Shown: positions 19,412 through 29,125 of the stretch, one piece after another | How the letters are laid out: each line of letters starts with the position of its first letter | Numbering within the stretch: position 1 is the stretch's first letter | Source of the DNA: a bacterium | Lineage (GTDB): Bacteria > UBA8248 | Assembly (NCBI GenBank): GCA_965221165.1 | Contig: CBDCRP010000003.1 | Location: 192,001 to 256,000, forward strand | Length of the DNA: 64,000 bases | Direction of reading: 5' to 3' | Notes under the pieces: generated by a model | Databases searched by the model: none | The model's input: only the letters and a program-made list of their open reading frames with translations | Told to the model about the DNA's origin: nothing | Made by a program: the position numbers and the translations under genes

Positions 19412-19918
19412 TTAGATTTCAAAATCAGGGCGGAATTGATTGTAGGTTGTCTCTAAACTCTCGGGAATCACCCGCACGCCGCCGAGGACGGGCATCAGAT
19501 TATGATCCCCCTCCCAGCGAGGAACGATATGCATGTGCAGATGGCCGACAATTCCTGCGCCCGCGCTTCTCCCGAGATTAAAACCCACGTTGAAGCCATC
19601 GGCATTCAAGCGCTTCTTCAGTATCCCTACACATTTTTGCGATATCAAAAAAATCTCCCGGCTCTCCCCCTCATCCAAACTTTCGTAGTCCTCGAGATGG
19701 CGAATCGGCACCACCATAAGATGCCCGTTCGTATAGGGGTATTTGTTCATCACAACATACGAGCGCTCGCTCCTGTGAAGAATCAAATTCTCCTTCCCGT
19801 CTTCTTTATCCAGCAAATCACAAAAAACACAGGCCGATTCCGCCTTCCCCTCCACTTCCCCGGAATCAGAATGACTCACCACATATTCCCTGCGCCATGG
19901 CGCCCATAATCTTTCCAC
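19412..19918 (-). CDS. HIT-family hydrolase (Ap4A phosphorylase/Fhit-like)
   Basis: LWAPWR, CVFC, NKYPYTNGHLMVVP, GFNVGFNLG..AGAGI..HLHMHIVPRW. Confidence 0.9.
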   Translation of the reverse strand: MERLWAPWRREYVVSHSDSGEVEGKAESACVFCDLLDKEDGKENLILHRSERSYVVMNKYPYTNGHLMVVPIRHLEDYESLDEGESREIFLISQKCVGILKKRLNADGFNVGFNLGRSAGAGIVGHLHMHIVPRWEGDHNLMPVLGGVRVIPESLETTYNQFRPDFEI

Positions 19919-20398
19919 TCAACGATTCCCCGGCTTTTGCCGCGACAACCATCCCCCCTCAAGCAGAGAGGCTATCCTGTTTTCTTCCTTTCTCATCCGG
20001 ACGGATTCCGCCTTCGTGTAATGATCATATCCCTTTAGATGTAAAAGGCCGTGGACAAGCAGACGATCCGCCAAGACTCCGCAATCAACCGACTCCTCCT
20101 GCGCCTGGCGAAATACCTCATCGACGGAGATGACCACCTCACCCCGAAATGTCTTCCTCTCTTCTTTCTCTCCCGTCAATGCAAAAGAATCCGCCGGCGG
20201 AAAAGCCAGGACATCCGTTGTTTCGTCTTCGCCTCGATACCGGGAATTCAACGCTCGCATCCCCTCGTCTCGAATGAATGCGATGCTGAACCAGTCATCT
20301 TCGGATCGGAGAGCCTTCCGTATGACCTCCAAGCGCCGCCTCAGCGCCTTGTGATCCAGAGCGAACAGTTCTTGCTCGTTTTTGATCAGAACTTCCAT
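19919..20398 (-). CDS. ybeY: rRNA maturation endoribonuclease YbeY
   Basis: LN..YRG....TDVLAF, GEVVIS, HGLLHLKGYDH. Start moved to ATG 20398 (AAAGG RBS). Confidence 0.92.
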   Translation of the reverse strand: MEVLIKNEQELFALDHKALRRRLEVIRKALRSEDDWFSIAFIRDEGMRALNSRYRGEDETTDVLAFPPADSFALTGEKEERKTFRGEVVISVDEVFRQAQEESVDCGVLADRLLVHGLLHLKGYDHYTKAESVRMRKEENRIASLLEGGWLSRQKPGNR

Positions 20399-22781
20399 TC
20401 GCAGCGCCTTTCCTAGGAGCGTCTTCTTGTCCTGGATAATGAATCCGGTGATGATGAATACCAACCAGAACGCGCATGAAAGCATCCTGAATGTTGCTCA
20501 AATCCCTGAGCGTGAGGCTGCAATTATCCAGTTGCCCCTCCACAAAAGCACTCTGGACGATTCTATCCACCAAAGCGCTCAGACGTCCAAGGGAATGGTC
20601 CGAAAGCGAGTGCGTGGATGCCTCCACCATATCGGCCAACATCAGGATGCCTGCCTCTCTCGTCTGCGGCCTCGGCCCCGGATAGCGAAAAATCTCTTCT
20701 CTCACGTCATCCCCGTCCAGGCTCTTCGCTTTCTCGTAAAAAAATCGAATCAGGGATGTGCCATGATGTTGCTGGATTAAATCGATAATCTCTTTTGGCA
20801 GTTTGTGGCTTCTGGCGAGTTCAATACCTTCTTTCACATGGCTGACCAGGACGAGCGCGCTCATGTTGGGTTTGAGTCTGTCGTGGCGGTTTTTCGGCCC
20901 CTGGTTTTCGATAAAATACTCCGGCTTCATCATCTTGCCGATATCATGGAAATACGCACCCACGCGGGTGAGGAGCGGATTTGCCCCGATCGCCTCGGAC
21001 GCCTCCTCCGCCAGGTTCCCCACGAGGAGGCTATGGTGGTAAGTGCCCGGCGCGTTGACGACCATCTTCCTCAACAACGGATGGTTCTGGTCGGCCAGTT
21101 CCAGGAGCCGCATATCGGTCGTGAGCTTGAAAACCGACTCGAGCAGGGGCATGGCCCCCGCCACAATGATGACGTTCGAGAGACCGCCGAGCAAGGCGAT
21201 GGGAACATCGGTCCACTTCATAACCGCGGCGCCGAAACCCTCCTGCATGTTGAAACCCAGCGCGAGCGCGGCACCCAGCAGACCCAGCATGAGCGCTACT
21301 ATGAGCACGGAAGTCCTGCGCCGATATTCTTTCCAGCGAATGGCTGCGAGCACGCCGCCGGCCAGGGCGACGAGGCTGAAGTTCATGTGATTCGGCAAAA
21401 TCAATCCGGTGAGAACGGCGGAGAAAATCGCCATCAATACCGCAGATGATCGCCCCTGCAAAACGGCTGTGAGAAGAGAGGCGGAACAAAAAGGAATGAC
21501 ATAGTAAAACGAATGCAACGGGATTCCCCGGAAAGTTTCATGCAGCACCTGGGAGAAGAGAATCCCCATTTTCAGTAAAACGGCTTGGCTCAAGAGCAGT
21601 ATCATAAAAAGGGTTACGTTTTTGGGCGACGACAAAAAAGTCACGTCATACTTCTGCACGCAGACCCACGCCAAGACGAGCAGAATGAACACCACAAACG
21701 CCGTTCCCACGAAGTTGTCGAGCACGTGGCTTTGGCGGTAGATTTTCTCCAAACTTTTGAGTTTAGTGATTTGTCCTTCGTTCACCCGTTCACCCTCGCG
21801 AACGATCATCTCCCCTTGCTTGAGAATCTCGGAGACGGGCGGGACAGAGGCCGCGACTTTCTCTCTACTCTCGAGCGTCGCCCTGTTGTTGAACGTCAGC
21901 GTGGGTTGAACCATCTTCCGGACCTGGGAGATCAGCAAATCACCAATGCGCCGAGGTACTCTGCGGGATATCTTCCGGGTTTCTTGCTTGAGTAATTTAT
22001 CGACCTGTCTGAGCTCCAGGGGATTCATGGATCGGCTGACGGAGACGCGATTCCCCGTTCTAATGTCACGCGCCGTAATCCCCTTGGCCGCATGGGTGGC
22101 GTATAAGCGCTTATCACTCACGATTTGGCGCGAAAATGCCGCCTTCAACAACTTGGCGATATCCCCCCGAATCCAGTTCGCGAATCTCTCACTTCTCAGC
22201 CAGGCCGCCAGTTCCTTTGGAAGCGCGCCACCCACCAGCTTATGAAACGCGCTCTCCGCCTTGATGAAGGCAGGGGTAGCGTACATTTCCCGATAAACTT
22301 CCGACTCCGAAAAAAGCGTCCGGCTCTTTTGCTTGGCCCGTTTATTGAACTGCTCGGCTTTCACCTTCTCGAGTTCTTTGTCTATCGTCCGTTGAATGGA
22401 TTCAAATGCGCCATTCAACCTGTTGATGACAACTTGCGAGAGTTGGGTGTCGATATCGTAACGCGGCAAGACTTTTTCTCTCGCTGCCTGGCGTTTCGCG
22501 TTCGTGGCAATGGGGTCGACCACGCGCATGTCCTCAGGGGCTTTGATATCCCTGGGAACGACATCGCCCACCTCAAAAGACACGCGAGGGGCCGAAATAT
22601 CCGTTGTGAGCAGAAATGAAAGCACGGCGGCGAGCGTTCCGCCCAGAATCCACGGATAGGCCCTTGTGTTGGTAAACGCCAAGGCAGAATCCGCAATCCA
22701 TCGCCCCATCGACACACATAGACGCAAAAGGATGTTTTTGGGTTTTCCGGCCGTTTTCCCGGCGCCGGCTCGATGAATCAC
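20295..22781 (-). CDS. 7TM-HDIG membrane phosphohydrolase (PgpH-like c-di-AMP phosphodiesterase family)
   Basis: N-terminal TM, large extracytoplasmic domain, ~7 TMs, APGTYHHS, HDIG, HV..G, QHHGT, MLADMVEA; phoH-HD-ybeY synteny. Confidence 0.88.
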   Translation of the reverse strand: MIHRAGAGKTAGKPKNILLRLCVSMGRWIADSALAFTNTRAYPWILGGTLAAVLSFLLTTDISAPRVSFEVGDVVPRDIKAPEDMRVVDPIATNAKRQAAREKVLPRYDIDTQLSQVVINRLNGAFESIQRTIDKELEKVKAEQFNKRAKQKSRTLFSESEVYREMYATPAFIKAESAFHKLVGGALPKELAAWLRSERFANWIRGDIAKLLKAAFSRQIVSDKRLYATHAAKGITARDIRTGNRVSVSRSMNPLELRQVDKLLKQETRKISRRVPRRIGDLLISQVRKMVQPTLTFNNRATLESREKVAASVPPVSEILKQGEMIVREGERVNEGQITKLKSLEKIYRQSHVLDNFVGTAFVVFILLVLAWVCVQKYDVTFLSSPKNVTLFMILLLSQAVLLKMGILFSQVLHETFRGIPLHSFYYVIPFCSASLLTAVLQGRSSAVLMAIFSAVLTGLILPNHMNFSLVALAGGVLAAIRWKEYRRRTSVLIVALMLGLLGAALALGFNMQEGFGAAVMKWTDVPIALLGGLSNVIIVAGAMPLLESVFKLTTDMRLLELADQNHPLLRKMVVNAPGTYHHSLLVGNLAEEASEAIGANPLLTRVGAYFHDIGKMMKPEYFIENQGPKNRHDRLKPNMSALVLVSHVKEGIELARSHKLPKEIIDLIQQHHGTSLIRFFYEKAKSLDGDDVREEIFRYPGPRPQTREAGILMLADMVEASTHSLSDHSLGRLSALVDRIVQSAFVEGQLDNCSLTLRDLSNIQDAFMRVLVGIHHHRIHYPGQEDAPRKGAANGSSDQKRARTVRSGSQGAEAALGGHTEGSPIRR

Positions 22782-22881
22782 GCGATCAACCTCCAGAATC
22801 CTTCAGCGACGAAGAGATCGTGGACGTATCGGCTATATGTGAACGCCCCCGGCAATCCAAGCACTCTTTTCGAGAACTCGC

Positions 22882-23838
22882 TTACAAATTGTGGGCCTCG
22901 TATGCAGAAACGATTTTTCTCACCAACTGCGTGCGAACCACATCGCGTTCACTGAAATAGACGAAACGAACTTCTTCTAGATCTCCCAAGACATCCTGAG
23001 CGTGAATCAGCCCGCATCCAGAGGTTCCGGGCAAGTCGATTTGCGTAATGTCCCCCGTGACGATCGCCTTGCTCCGGGCGCCGATGCGGGTGAGGAACAT
23101 TTTCATCTGCTCGGGCGTCGTATTCTGCGCCTCATCCAATATGATGAAGGAATCATTCAGCGAACGACCCCTCATATATGCGAGCGGGGCTATCTCGATT
23201 TCACCCCTTTGAATGAAACGCTCCACCCGCTCGAATTCCACCATATCGTTCAGGGCGTCAAACAACGGCCTGAGATATGGATTCACCTTCTCCTGCAAAT
23301 CGCCGGGCAAAAACCCGAGCTTCTCGCCCGCCTCCACCACGGGCCTCGTCAACACGATGCGGGCGTATGCCTTCTGCAACAATCCGGAAACCGCCATGGC
23401 CATGGCCAGATAGGTTTTCCCCGTACCGGCTGGTCCGATTCCGAATGTCACTCCCTTTTCACGAATCGCCCTTATGTATTCACTCTGAACCGGGCCTTTG
23501 GGAACGATGTATCGTTTCTTCGATAAAACCGATATCCGATTCATCACCAAAGAACGAAGCGTGACGTCGCGTTCCGCCGCCACGGTCTGAGCCAGTGTCT
23601 TGACGTTCAGCGGATCGAAACGAAATCCTTCGTCCACACATTCGGTCAACTCATCGAGGAAAAGTCCGGCTTTCTCGGCAGCATCCGGTGCGCCTTCTAC
23701 CACGAACCCCTCTGATGCGATTCTGATTTTTACGTCAAACGCCCTCTCCACCGCCTTGAGAGATTCATCCCGGTTTCCAATAATATGAACCAACCTATCC
23801 GGCCCGGCGAGCGGGCTTGCAGACGTCCTCGTCGCCAA
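22882..23838 (-). CDS. phoH: PhoH-family ATPase (YbeZ/PhoH)
   Basis: GPAGTGKTYLA, TRPVVEAGEKLGFLPGD, PLAYMRGR, DEAQN, GDITQIDL. Start uncertain (TTG 23838 has GAGGAG upstream). Confidence 0.93.
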   Translation of the reverse strand: MATRTSASPLAGPDRLVHIIGNRDESLKAVERAFDVKIRIASEGFVVEGAPDAAEKAGLFLDELTECVDEGFRFDPLNVKTLAQTVAAERDVTLRSLVMNRISVLSKKRYIVPKGPVQSEYIRAIREKGVTFGIGPAGTGKTYLAMAMAVSGLLQKAYARIVLTRPVVEAGEKLGFLPGDLQEKVNPYLRPLFDALNDMVEFERVERFIQRGEIEIAPLAYMRGRSLNDSFIILDEAQNTTPEQMKMFLTRIGARSKAIVTGDITQIDLPGTSGCGLIHAQDVLGDLEEVRFVYFSERDVVRTQLVRKIVSAYEAHNL

Positions 23839-23968
23839 AAGATTCAGGCTCCTCGTATCTCCATGCGTTCGGCTTTCTTCAATGGATACCCCATGCGCCA
23901 CCAGATCGTACGCCCCAGAATTTCAGTCGTCAACAAAAGAACTCTATTTTCCTTTCGCTTTTTATTCC

Positions 23969-24922
23969 CTATCCTCTCGGATGACTTTTGTCCAAAAGCC
24001 GCCGCAGCTTCTCCCGATCCACATGCGTATACACCTCGGTGGTGGAAATATCGGAATGTCCGAGCATCGCCTGGACAGCCCGCAAGTCCGCCCCATGATT
24101 AAGCAAATGGGTCGCGAAGCTGTGACGAAACATATGCGGGCTCACACTTTTGCCCACGCCCGCTTCTTTTGCCCATCGTTTCACCCGCGCCCAAAAGGCT
24201 TGACGCGTCATGGGCTCTCCCCTGCCCGTGAGAAATACATAATCCGACTTACGGGCGCGCAACAGACTCAGCCGAGCGGCATCCAGATAATCCGCAAGCA
24301 CGTCTTTTGCTCCGTCCCCTATCGGAACAAGGCGGGATTTATCCCCCTTTCCATGAACGATGCAAAAACCCGATTCAAGCTCAATTTGGTTGAGTTTGAG
24401 TTGAATGATCTCGCTGACGCGCATTCCGGTGGCATACAAAAGCTCGAACATGGCCCTGTCCCGAACCGCCTGCGGCGTCTTGTCATCGGGCGCCAGCAGA
24501 ATTTTGGACATCTCTTCTTGCGAGAGAGTCTTGGGCAGGCGCTTCCATTTCGAAGGCTGCGCGATGTCCGCCGTAAAATCCTCCTTTACGTACCCATCAC
24601 GGACCAACAGCTTGGCGAGCGCACGAATAGACGCCAGATGCCGGCGCAGCGTAGTGTCTGATTTTCCCTTCTCCCTCTTGCCCTTGAGATAAGAGACGAT
24701 GGTGGTCTTCGACCAATTCGCCGGTGATGCTTCTTCGTTTTCTTGCGCCCAGAAGAAAAATGATTCGATGTCGTGGCTGTAACTCTCCACGGTATTCACC
24801 GCGCGGCGGCGTTCGATGAGAAGAAAATCCCGAAACGTCCTTAAAATGTCGGCCAGGCGCGCATCAAGCGAAACTCCGCTATTTTTTTGATCGCCTTGAG
24901 TCGAAACTTTTTCCTTCACCAT
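23969..24922 (-). CDS. xerD: Site-specific tyrosine recombinase XerD
   Basis: NTVESY..D, LPKTLS, RDRAMFELLYATGMRVSE, GKGDKSR, HMFRHSFATHLL, LGHSDISTT.VY. Confidence 0.9.
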   Translation of the reverse strand: MVKEKVSTQGDQKNSGVSLDARLADILRTFRDFLLIERRRAVNTVESYSHDIESFFFWAQENEEASPANWSKTTIVSYLKGKREKGKSDTTLRRHLASIRALAKLLVRDGYVKEDFTADIAQPSKWKRLPKTLSQEEMSKILLAPDDKTPQAVRDRAMFELLYATGMRVSEIIQLKLNQIELESGFCIVHGKGDKSRLVPIGDGAKDVLADYLDAARLSLLRARKSDYVFLTGRGEPMTRQAFWARVKRWAKEAGVGKSVSPHMFRHSFATHLLNHGADLRAVQAMLGHSDISTTEVYTHVDREKLRRLLDKSHPRG

Positions 24923-24938
24923 TGTTCGAACCTCATTT

Positions 24939-26618
24939 TCAGGATTTTCTCCATGCGAGGCGGGTGAAACGGCGCCAGGATTCGTAGGAGGAAACATCGA
25001 TTTTTTTCGCCATGAAGATATAGAAACAGGCGGCCAGGCAAACTTCGAGCATCATCATCAACAATTTCAGCACAGACGACACTTGCGCATCCCATAATTG
25101 CAGATGAACGAGTTGCAGATGAACGAAATACGCGAGCAGTCCCGTCAAGATTCCAAGCACCAGAAGCCTGTTCAGGGAATGGGCCAACTCTTTTTTCGGA
25201 AAATCGCTCCACTCCCGTATGATGCCTCTCAACAGCAATCCCGCGTTCAAGGCGCTCGAGCAAGACGTGGCGAGCGCGAGCCCGACAAACCCGAGAGGGA
25301 ACATCAAGGCGACGCTGAGCACCACGTTCGCGAGAACGGTGATATTGGCGCACCGCACAGGAAAGCTCGTGTTCAATCGAGCATGAAACACCCCCGCCAG
25401 AAGTCTCGTGACCCCGAAAAACATCAACCCCGCCGCATACGCCCGCAGGGCGGCCGCGCTCGCAACCGTATGGTTTTGCGTAAAAGCGCCCCGCTCGAAA
25501 ATGACTTCCATGGTCGGGTGGGCGAGAGCTATGAGCCCGAATGTCGCGGGAAGCGTGATGAACAGCGTCAGACGTCCCGCTTCGAGCATGGTGTTGCGCT
25601 CGGAATCTCCGGATTCGGAATTGCCTCTGTTTTTCGCCGCATAATCAGACAAAACCGGCAAAACGGCGGATACCACCGCGAGGCTCAATATCCCATGAGG
25701 AAGTTGCACCAATCGATTCGCATAGTAGAGATAGGAAATCGAGCCTTCGGCCAGGAACGAAGCCAGCCATCTATCAACGAGAATGTTGATCTGAAAAATA
25801 GCGCCTCCAAGAGCCGCCGGACCCATCAGCGCCAGGCATCTGCCGACGCCCTCCACCCGCCAGGGGATGGAGAGAACGGGCAATATCCGCAATTTCCTCA
25901 TGAAAGGAAGCTGGAAGAAAAACTGCGTGGCCCCACCGATTACGACGGCCCAGGCGAGCCAACGGATGGTCTCCGCCCTGCTCGCCAAAAAATCCGCCAG
26001 CAAAAGGGCGAAGATGATGACCACATTCTGGAGCGCGGGCGCGAAAGCGGGCACGAAAAAGCGGCGCGCCGCATTCAACATACCGGCCGCAACCGCCCAC
26101 AAGCCGATAAAAATAATGAACGGGAACATGAGCCTGGTGAGTTGCGCCGCGAGACGCAGTTTTTCCGGGTTACTCGAAAACCCGGGCGCCAGAGCTCTCA
26201 TCAAAGGCTCTGCGAACCAAATCCCAATCGCGCAGCCCGCGCTTCCCGCGAAGACGAGAAAGACCAACATGCCGCCGGCGAATTTTTGGGCCTCCCTGGC
26301 GCCGGATTTTTCACGCACGTCGGAGTAGACAGGAAGAAACGAGGAACTCAACGCCCCTTCCATGAACATGCGCCTGAAAAGATTGGGAATCGCGAATGCG
26401 ACGAAAAAAGCGTCGGCCATCATCGCGGCGCCAAAAAATTTGGCGATGAGCAAATCACGGAAAAAACCCGCAACCCGACTGATGAGAGTCGCCAGACTGA
26501 CGGGACCCGCAAACCTGGAGATGCTCTCCTCCGCCGGGGAATCGCCATTTTCTACTGGCGCAGCAGCAGATACATCTTCTTTTTGTCCTGGATTCGAGGA
26601 TTCAGGTGGCGTGGTCAC
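24939..26618 (-). CDS. murJ: Lipid II flippase MurJ (MviN)
   Basis: SRVAGFFRD, DAFFVAFAIPNLFRR..EGAL, YYANRLVQLP, many TMs; divergent from rpsT as in many proteobacteria. Confidence 0.95.
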   Translation of the reverse strand: MTTPPESSNPGQKEDVSAAAPVENGDSPAEESISRFAGPVSLATLISRVAGFFRDLLIAKFFGAAMMADAFFVAFAIPNLFRRMFMEGALSSSFLPVYSDVREKSGAREAQKFAGGMLVFLVFAGSAGCAIGIWFAEPLMRALAPGFSSNPEKLRLAAQLTRLMFPFIIFIGLWAVAAGMLNAARRFFVPAFAPALQNVVIIFALLLADFLASRAETIRWLAWAVVIGGATQFFFQLPFMRKLRILPVLSIPWRVEGVGRCLALMGPAALGGAIFQINILVDRWLASFLAEGSISYLYYANRLVQLPHGILSLAVVSAVLPVLSDYAAKNRGNSESGDSERNTMLEAGRLTLFITLPATFGLIALAHPTMEVIFERGAFTQNHTVASAAALRAYAAGLMFFGVTRLLAGVFHARLNTSFPVRCANITVLANVVLSVALMFPLGFVGLALATSCSSALNAGLLLRGIIREWSDFPKKELAHSLNRLLVLGILTGLLAYFVHLQLVHLQLWDAQVSSVLKLLMMMLEVCLAACFYIFMAKKIDVSSYESWRRFTRLAWRKS

Positions 26619-26645
26619 AAAATTCCTGACACCGGGGCGGTGAGC

Positions 26646-26673
26646 TTGACAACCCTTTGTTCCGTGGTATTTT
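26646..26673 (+). promoter_or_regulatory. sigma70 promoter of rpsT
   Basis: TTGACA-N16-TATTTT with an extended -10 TG. Confidence 0.55.
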
Positions 26674-26736
26674 ACCCGTGCTGCGAAGCGGCCTCAAGAG
26701 GAACATTTTAACCATATTCACGGAGAGTCAAACAAA

Positions 26737-26991
26737 TTGCCACATATTCGTTCGGCCAAAAAGCGCAATCGCCAGAACATCGTGCGCCGCGCCAAAAACC
26801 GCGCTATTCGATCCCAGTTTCGCAACACCATCAAAGAGGTTTTGAATAGCGAGGAAAACCCCGAAGAGTTGCTGAAAAAAGCCCAATCGCAATTGGACCG
26901 CGCAGCCACGAAAAGGATTATTCACAAGAAAACGGCATCGAGGCACGCGGGAAGATTGGCCAAGCGGGTTCACGCGGCATCTTCCAAATAA
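26737..26991 (+). CDS. rpsT: 30S ribosomal protein S20
   Basis: SAKKR.RQ..RR..NR..RS..R..IK, LDRAATKRIIHKKTASR; GGAGAG RBS, TTG start. Confidence 0.95.
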   Translation: MPHIRSAKKRNRQNIVRRAKNRAIRSQFRNTIKEVLNSEENPEELLKKAQSQLDRAATKRIIHKKTASRHAGRLAKRVHAASSK

Positions 26992-28035
26992 CTAGGCAAC
27001 CTTGTGCGTCCCGCTTCTTGAGGAACGCATATCCACCAAAAACAACTCGAGCGCCTGTCGGGCGACCTTTGTGTCGCTCGTCCGCTTCAGCTTGCGATCC
27101 ACCTGAAGCAGTTTCCCGTACAATTCGCGCAAGTAGGCGGAACGCAAACCCCTGACCTGCCCTTCGAGCCTTTTCGCCACAAAGGGCGGCAGACCCAGCA
27201 CTTCCGAAATCCCCTGGGCGCCTCGGCCGCTTCGAATCAAGGCTTTTGAAATCGCCCAGCGCCGAATCAAATTGCGCAACACTCCGATGAACACGACAGG
27301 GTGTTCGGTTTCCATCATCCGCCGCAAGAGAACGAGCGTTCCTCCCAAACTCCCCTGGCTGAGCGAATCACCCAGCTTGTAGAGCAACTCCTCTTTGGAA
27401 TGGCCGACGATTTCACGAATCTCCTCCGCACCGGCAAGCGTTCCGGGCATCAGGTATGCGGCAATCTTCTCGAGTTCCGTGTTGAGTCTCATCATCGAGG
27501 GCTTGACCATTTCCAGCAGTATGTCGGCGGCCTCCGGCCGCAATTCGAATCCCAGTTCCACCGCGCGCCCACGAAGCCACTGCTTTAGTTCCTGCTCCTC
27601 CAGGATATCCACCCGACAAACCTCGCTCGCCTTCACCAGGCGCTGGAAGAAAGTCGTTCGCATATCGGCGTTCTCCACACAAAAAACCGCCACCGTGGAC
27701 TCGGAGGGCTGCTCGAGATAGGAGAGGAAGATGGATTCCTCCCTCTCGGCCGGCCTGGCGAAATGGAGGATTTCGATGAGGCGCTTTTCCGCCAGGAACG
27801 GCAGCGTCTGTGCGATGGTGATGATTCCCGGCGCATCGGCCTCGGGCCAGTCGAAACGATCATGGTTGAAATCATCCGGCCCGTCGCCAAAAACCTTGCG
27901 ACGAATTACGCGCAAGTATTCATCGCGCAAAAAAGAGTCCTTGCCTTGCAAAAGGTATATGGGCCGAATCGGCGCGTTTTGCAGATCGGAGATCGCCGCC
28001 AGGGAACTCTTCGGCTTCCTGCGGCTCGGGGCCAA
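26992..28035 (-). CDS. holA: DNA polymerase III delta subunit
   Basis: PIYLLQG.D, FN, TLPFLAEKRL, ELEKI..Y, C-terminal D..LK; follows lptE. Start moved from 28323 to TTG 28035. Confidence 0.88.
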   Translation of the reverse strand: MAPSRRKPKSSLAAISDLQNAPIRPIYLLQGKDSFLRDEYLRVIRRKVFGDGPDDFNHDRFDWPEADAPGIITIAQTLPFLAEKRLIEILHFARPAEREESIFLSYLEQPSESTVAVFCVENADMRTTFFQRLVKASEVCRVDILEEQELKQWLRGRAVELGFELRPEAADILLEMVKPSMMRLNTELEKIAAYLMPGTLAGAEEIREIVGHSKEELLYKLGDSLSQGSLGGTLVLLRRMMETEHPVVFIGVLRNLIRRWAISKALIRSGRGAQGISEVLGLPPFVAKRLEGQVRGLRSAYLRELYGKLLQVDRKLKRTSDTKVARQALELFLVDMRSSRSGTHKVA

Positions 28036-28036
28036 T

Positions 28037-28573
28037 CTAAAAACCCTCCAGCACGAGGCTGACGACATCTTCCGAGAGAGAATCGGCCACTTTCTGATTC
28101 GCGCTCGAGCGGCTCGCGTCGCTTCGTGCAATGGATGAGGAAACCGCGAACTCGGCATAGGACTCCACATCCTGATTGACGAGCAATCTTCCCCGCTCCT
28201 TGTCGCGCAGCCGTATTCGGGTACGCACGACGACGCGGTATCGCCGAACCCTGTCGGCCCGCGTGAAGCCAATCGGAGAAAGGCGGTACTCGCGCAAAAC
28301 ACCTTCGAGCGCGATGTCCGCATCGGGAGAGTCGGAAAGCCGAAGGCGGCCGTCTCGCAAGAATCTTCCTCTCACCGTTTTCGTGACGGTGCGCCCAAGG
28401 CCCGGTTCGTTCGTCTGGTTCAGGAATGGAGGTATCGAAATCGTCCGCGCACCTTTCAGGTGCTCGGGGCGCCGGGTTCCCTCGAGATCGTAGCCGCAGC
28501 CCGCCACCAGGAGAACGCCCAGCAACAGTGCGAAACGCAATTTGTGAATCGTCCTTCGAAGAGCCCCGCTCAA
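28037..28573 (-). CDS. lptE: LPS assembly lipoprotein LptE
   Basis: Lipobox VAGC-GY, F.N.T.EP, AD..L.G; lptE-holA synteny. Confidence 0.85.
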   Translation of the reverse strand: MSGALRRTIHKLRFALLLGVLLVAGCGYDLEGTRRPEHLKGARTISIPPFLNQTNEPGLGRTVTKTVRGRFLRDGRLRLSDSPDADIALEGVLREYRLSPIGFTRADRVRRYRVVVRTRIRLRDKERGRLLVNQDVESYAEFAVSSSIARSDASRSSANQKVADSLSEDVVSLVLEGF

Positions 28574-29124
28574 ATGAAAACCTCCAGGGAGAGTTCGCGG
28601 TTCTTCACGCTGCTGAAAGCAATTTGCTCGCTCAGCGCAATCAACTCGTCATATTTCTCTCCATCGGGTTCGCAAACAAGAATATCGACATCCCAAGGGG
28701 TTCCGATGACACCCCGTATCGCACCGTTCATGATCTCCGTGGCCGTGGGAGCGAAGCCGTCGGGAAGCTGCACAAAACCAGAAACCTGCATCGATAAATT
28801 CTGCGCCGACGCCCGCATCATTCTCCCGAAAATATCCTTTGCGCGCCGGTAGAGCCTCGTCAGGGTCAAATCCTCCCAGGAGCCGAGTCCTGCGAACAAT
28901 ACATATTCAGGCGCCAGTCGTCCCTTTGAGGCCAGCATGGCCTGCGACTCCCATGCGCCGCTCAATTTGCCCTGCCTCACCAGGCGGCTCGCCTCGCTCT
29001 CCAACAAGCGATCGATTTCTCCCAGTTGCCCCTGAAACGGAAAATCCTCCACTGCGAACATGGAAACGGCCGCGAAACTTTTCACTTCATCCAGTCCCTG
29101 GGGAAACAGGCGAATGCGTATCAC
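28570..29124 (-). CDS. Stand-alone M17 aminopeptidase N-terminal-like domain protein
   Basis: Pattern FA.ED.P.QG..G.ID..L......RL...G..SG...L....L....VL.AGLG resembles the PepA N-terminal domain; no catalytic NTDAEGR domain. Confidence 0.5.
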   Translation of the reverse strand: MIRIRLFPQGLDEVKSFAAVSMFAVEDFPFQGQLGEIDRLLESEASRLVRQGKLSGAWESQAMLASKGRLAPEYVLFAGLGSWEDLTLTRLYRRAKDIFGRMMRASAQNLSMQVSGFVQLPDGFAPTATEIMNGAIRGVIGTPWDVDILVCEPDGEKYDELIALSEQIAFSSVKNRELSLEVFI

Positions 29125-29125
29125 C

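Noticed and set aside
23969-24922. Tyrosine recombinase as a prophage or island integrase
   Set aside because: Length and motifs match chromosomal XerD; flanked by core genes; no att repeats or cargo seen.
28036-28323. Long N-terminal extensions in the ORF track (holA; also ftsH, purN, ybeY, hisS, rpsU, ADH)
   Set aside because: Artefacts of longest-ORF calling; downstream starts with an RBS or family-typical N-terminus fit better.
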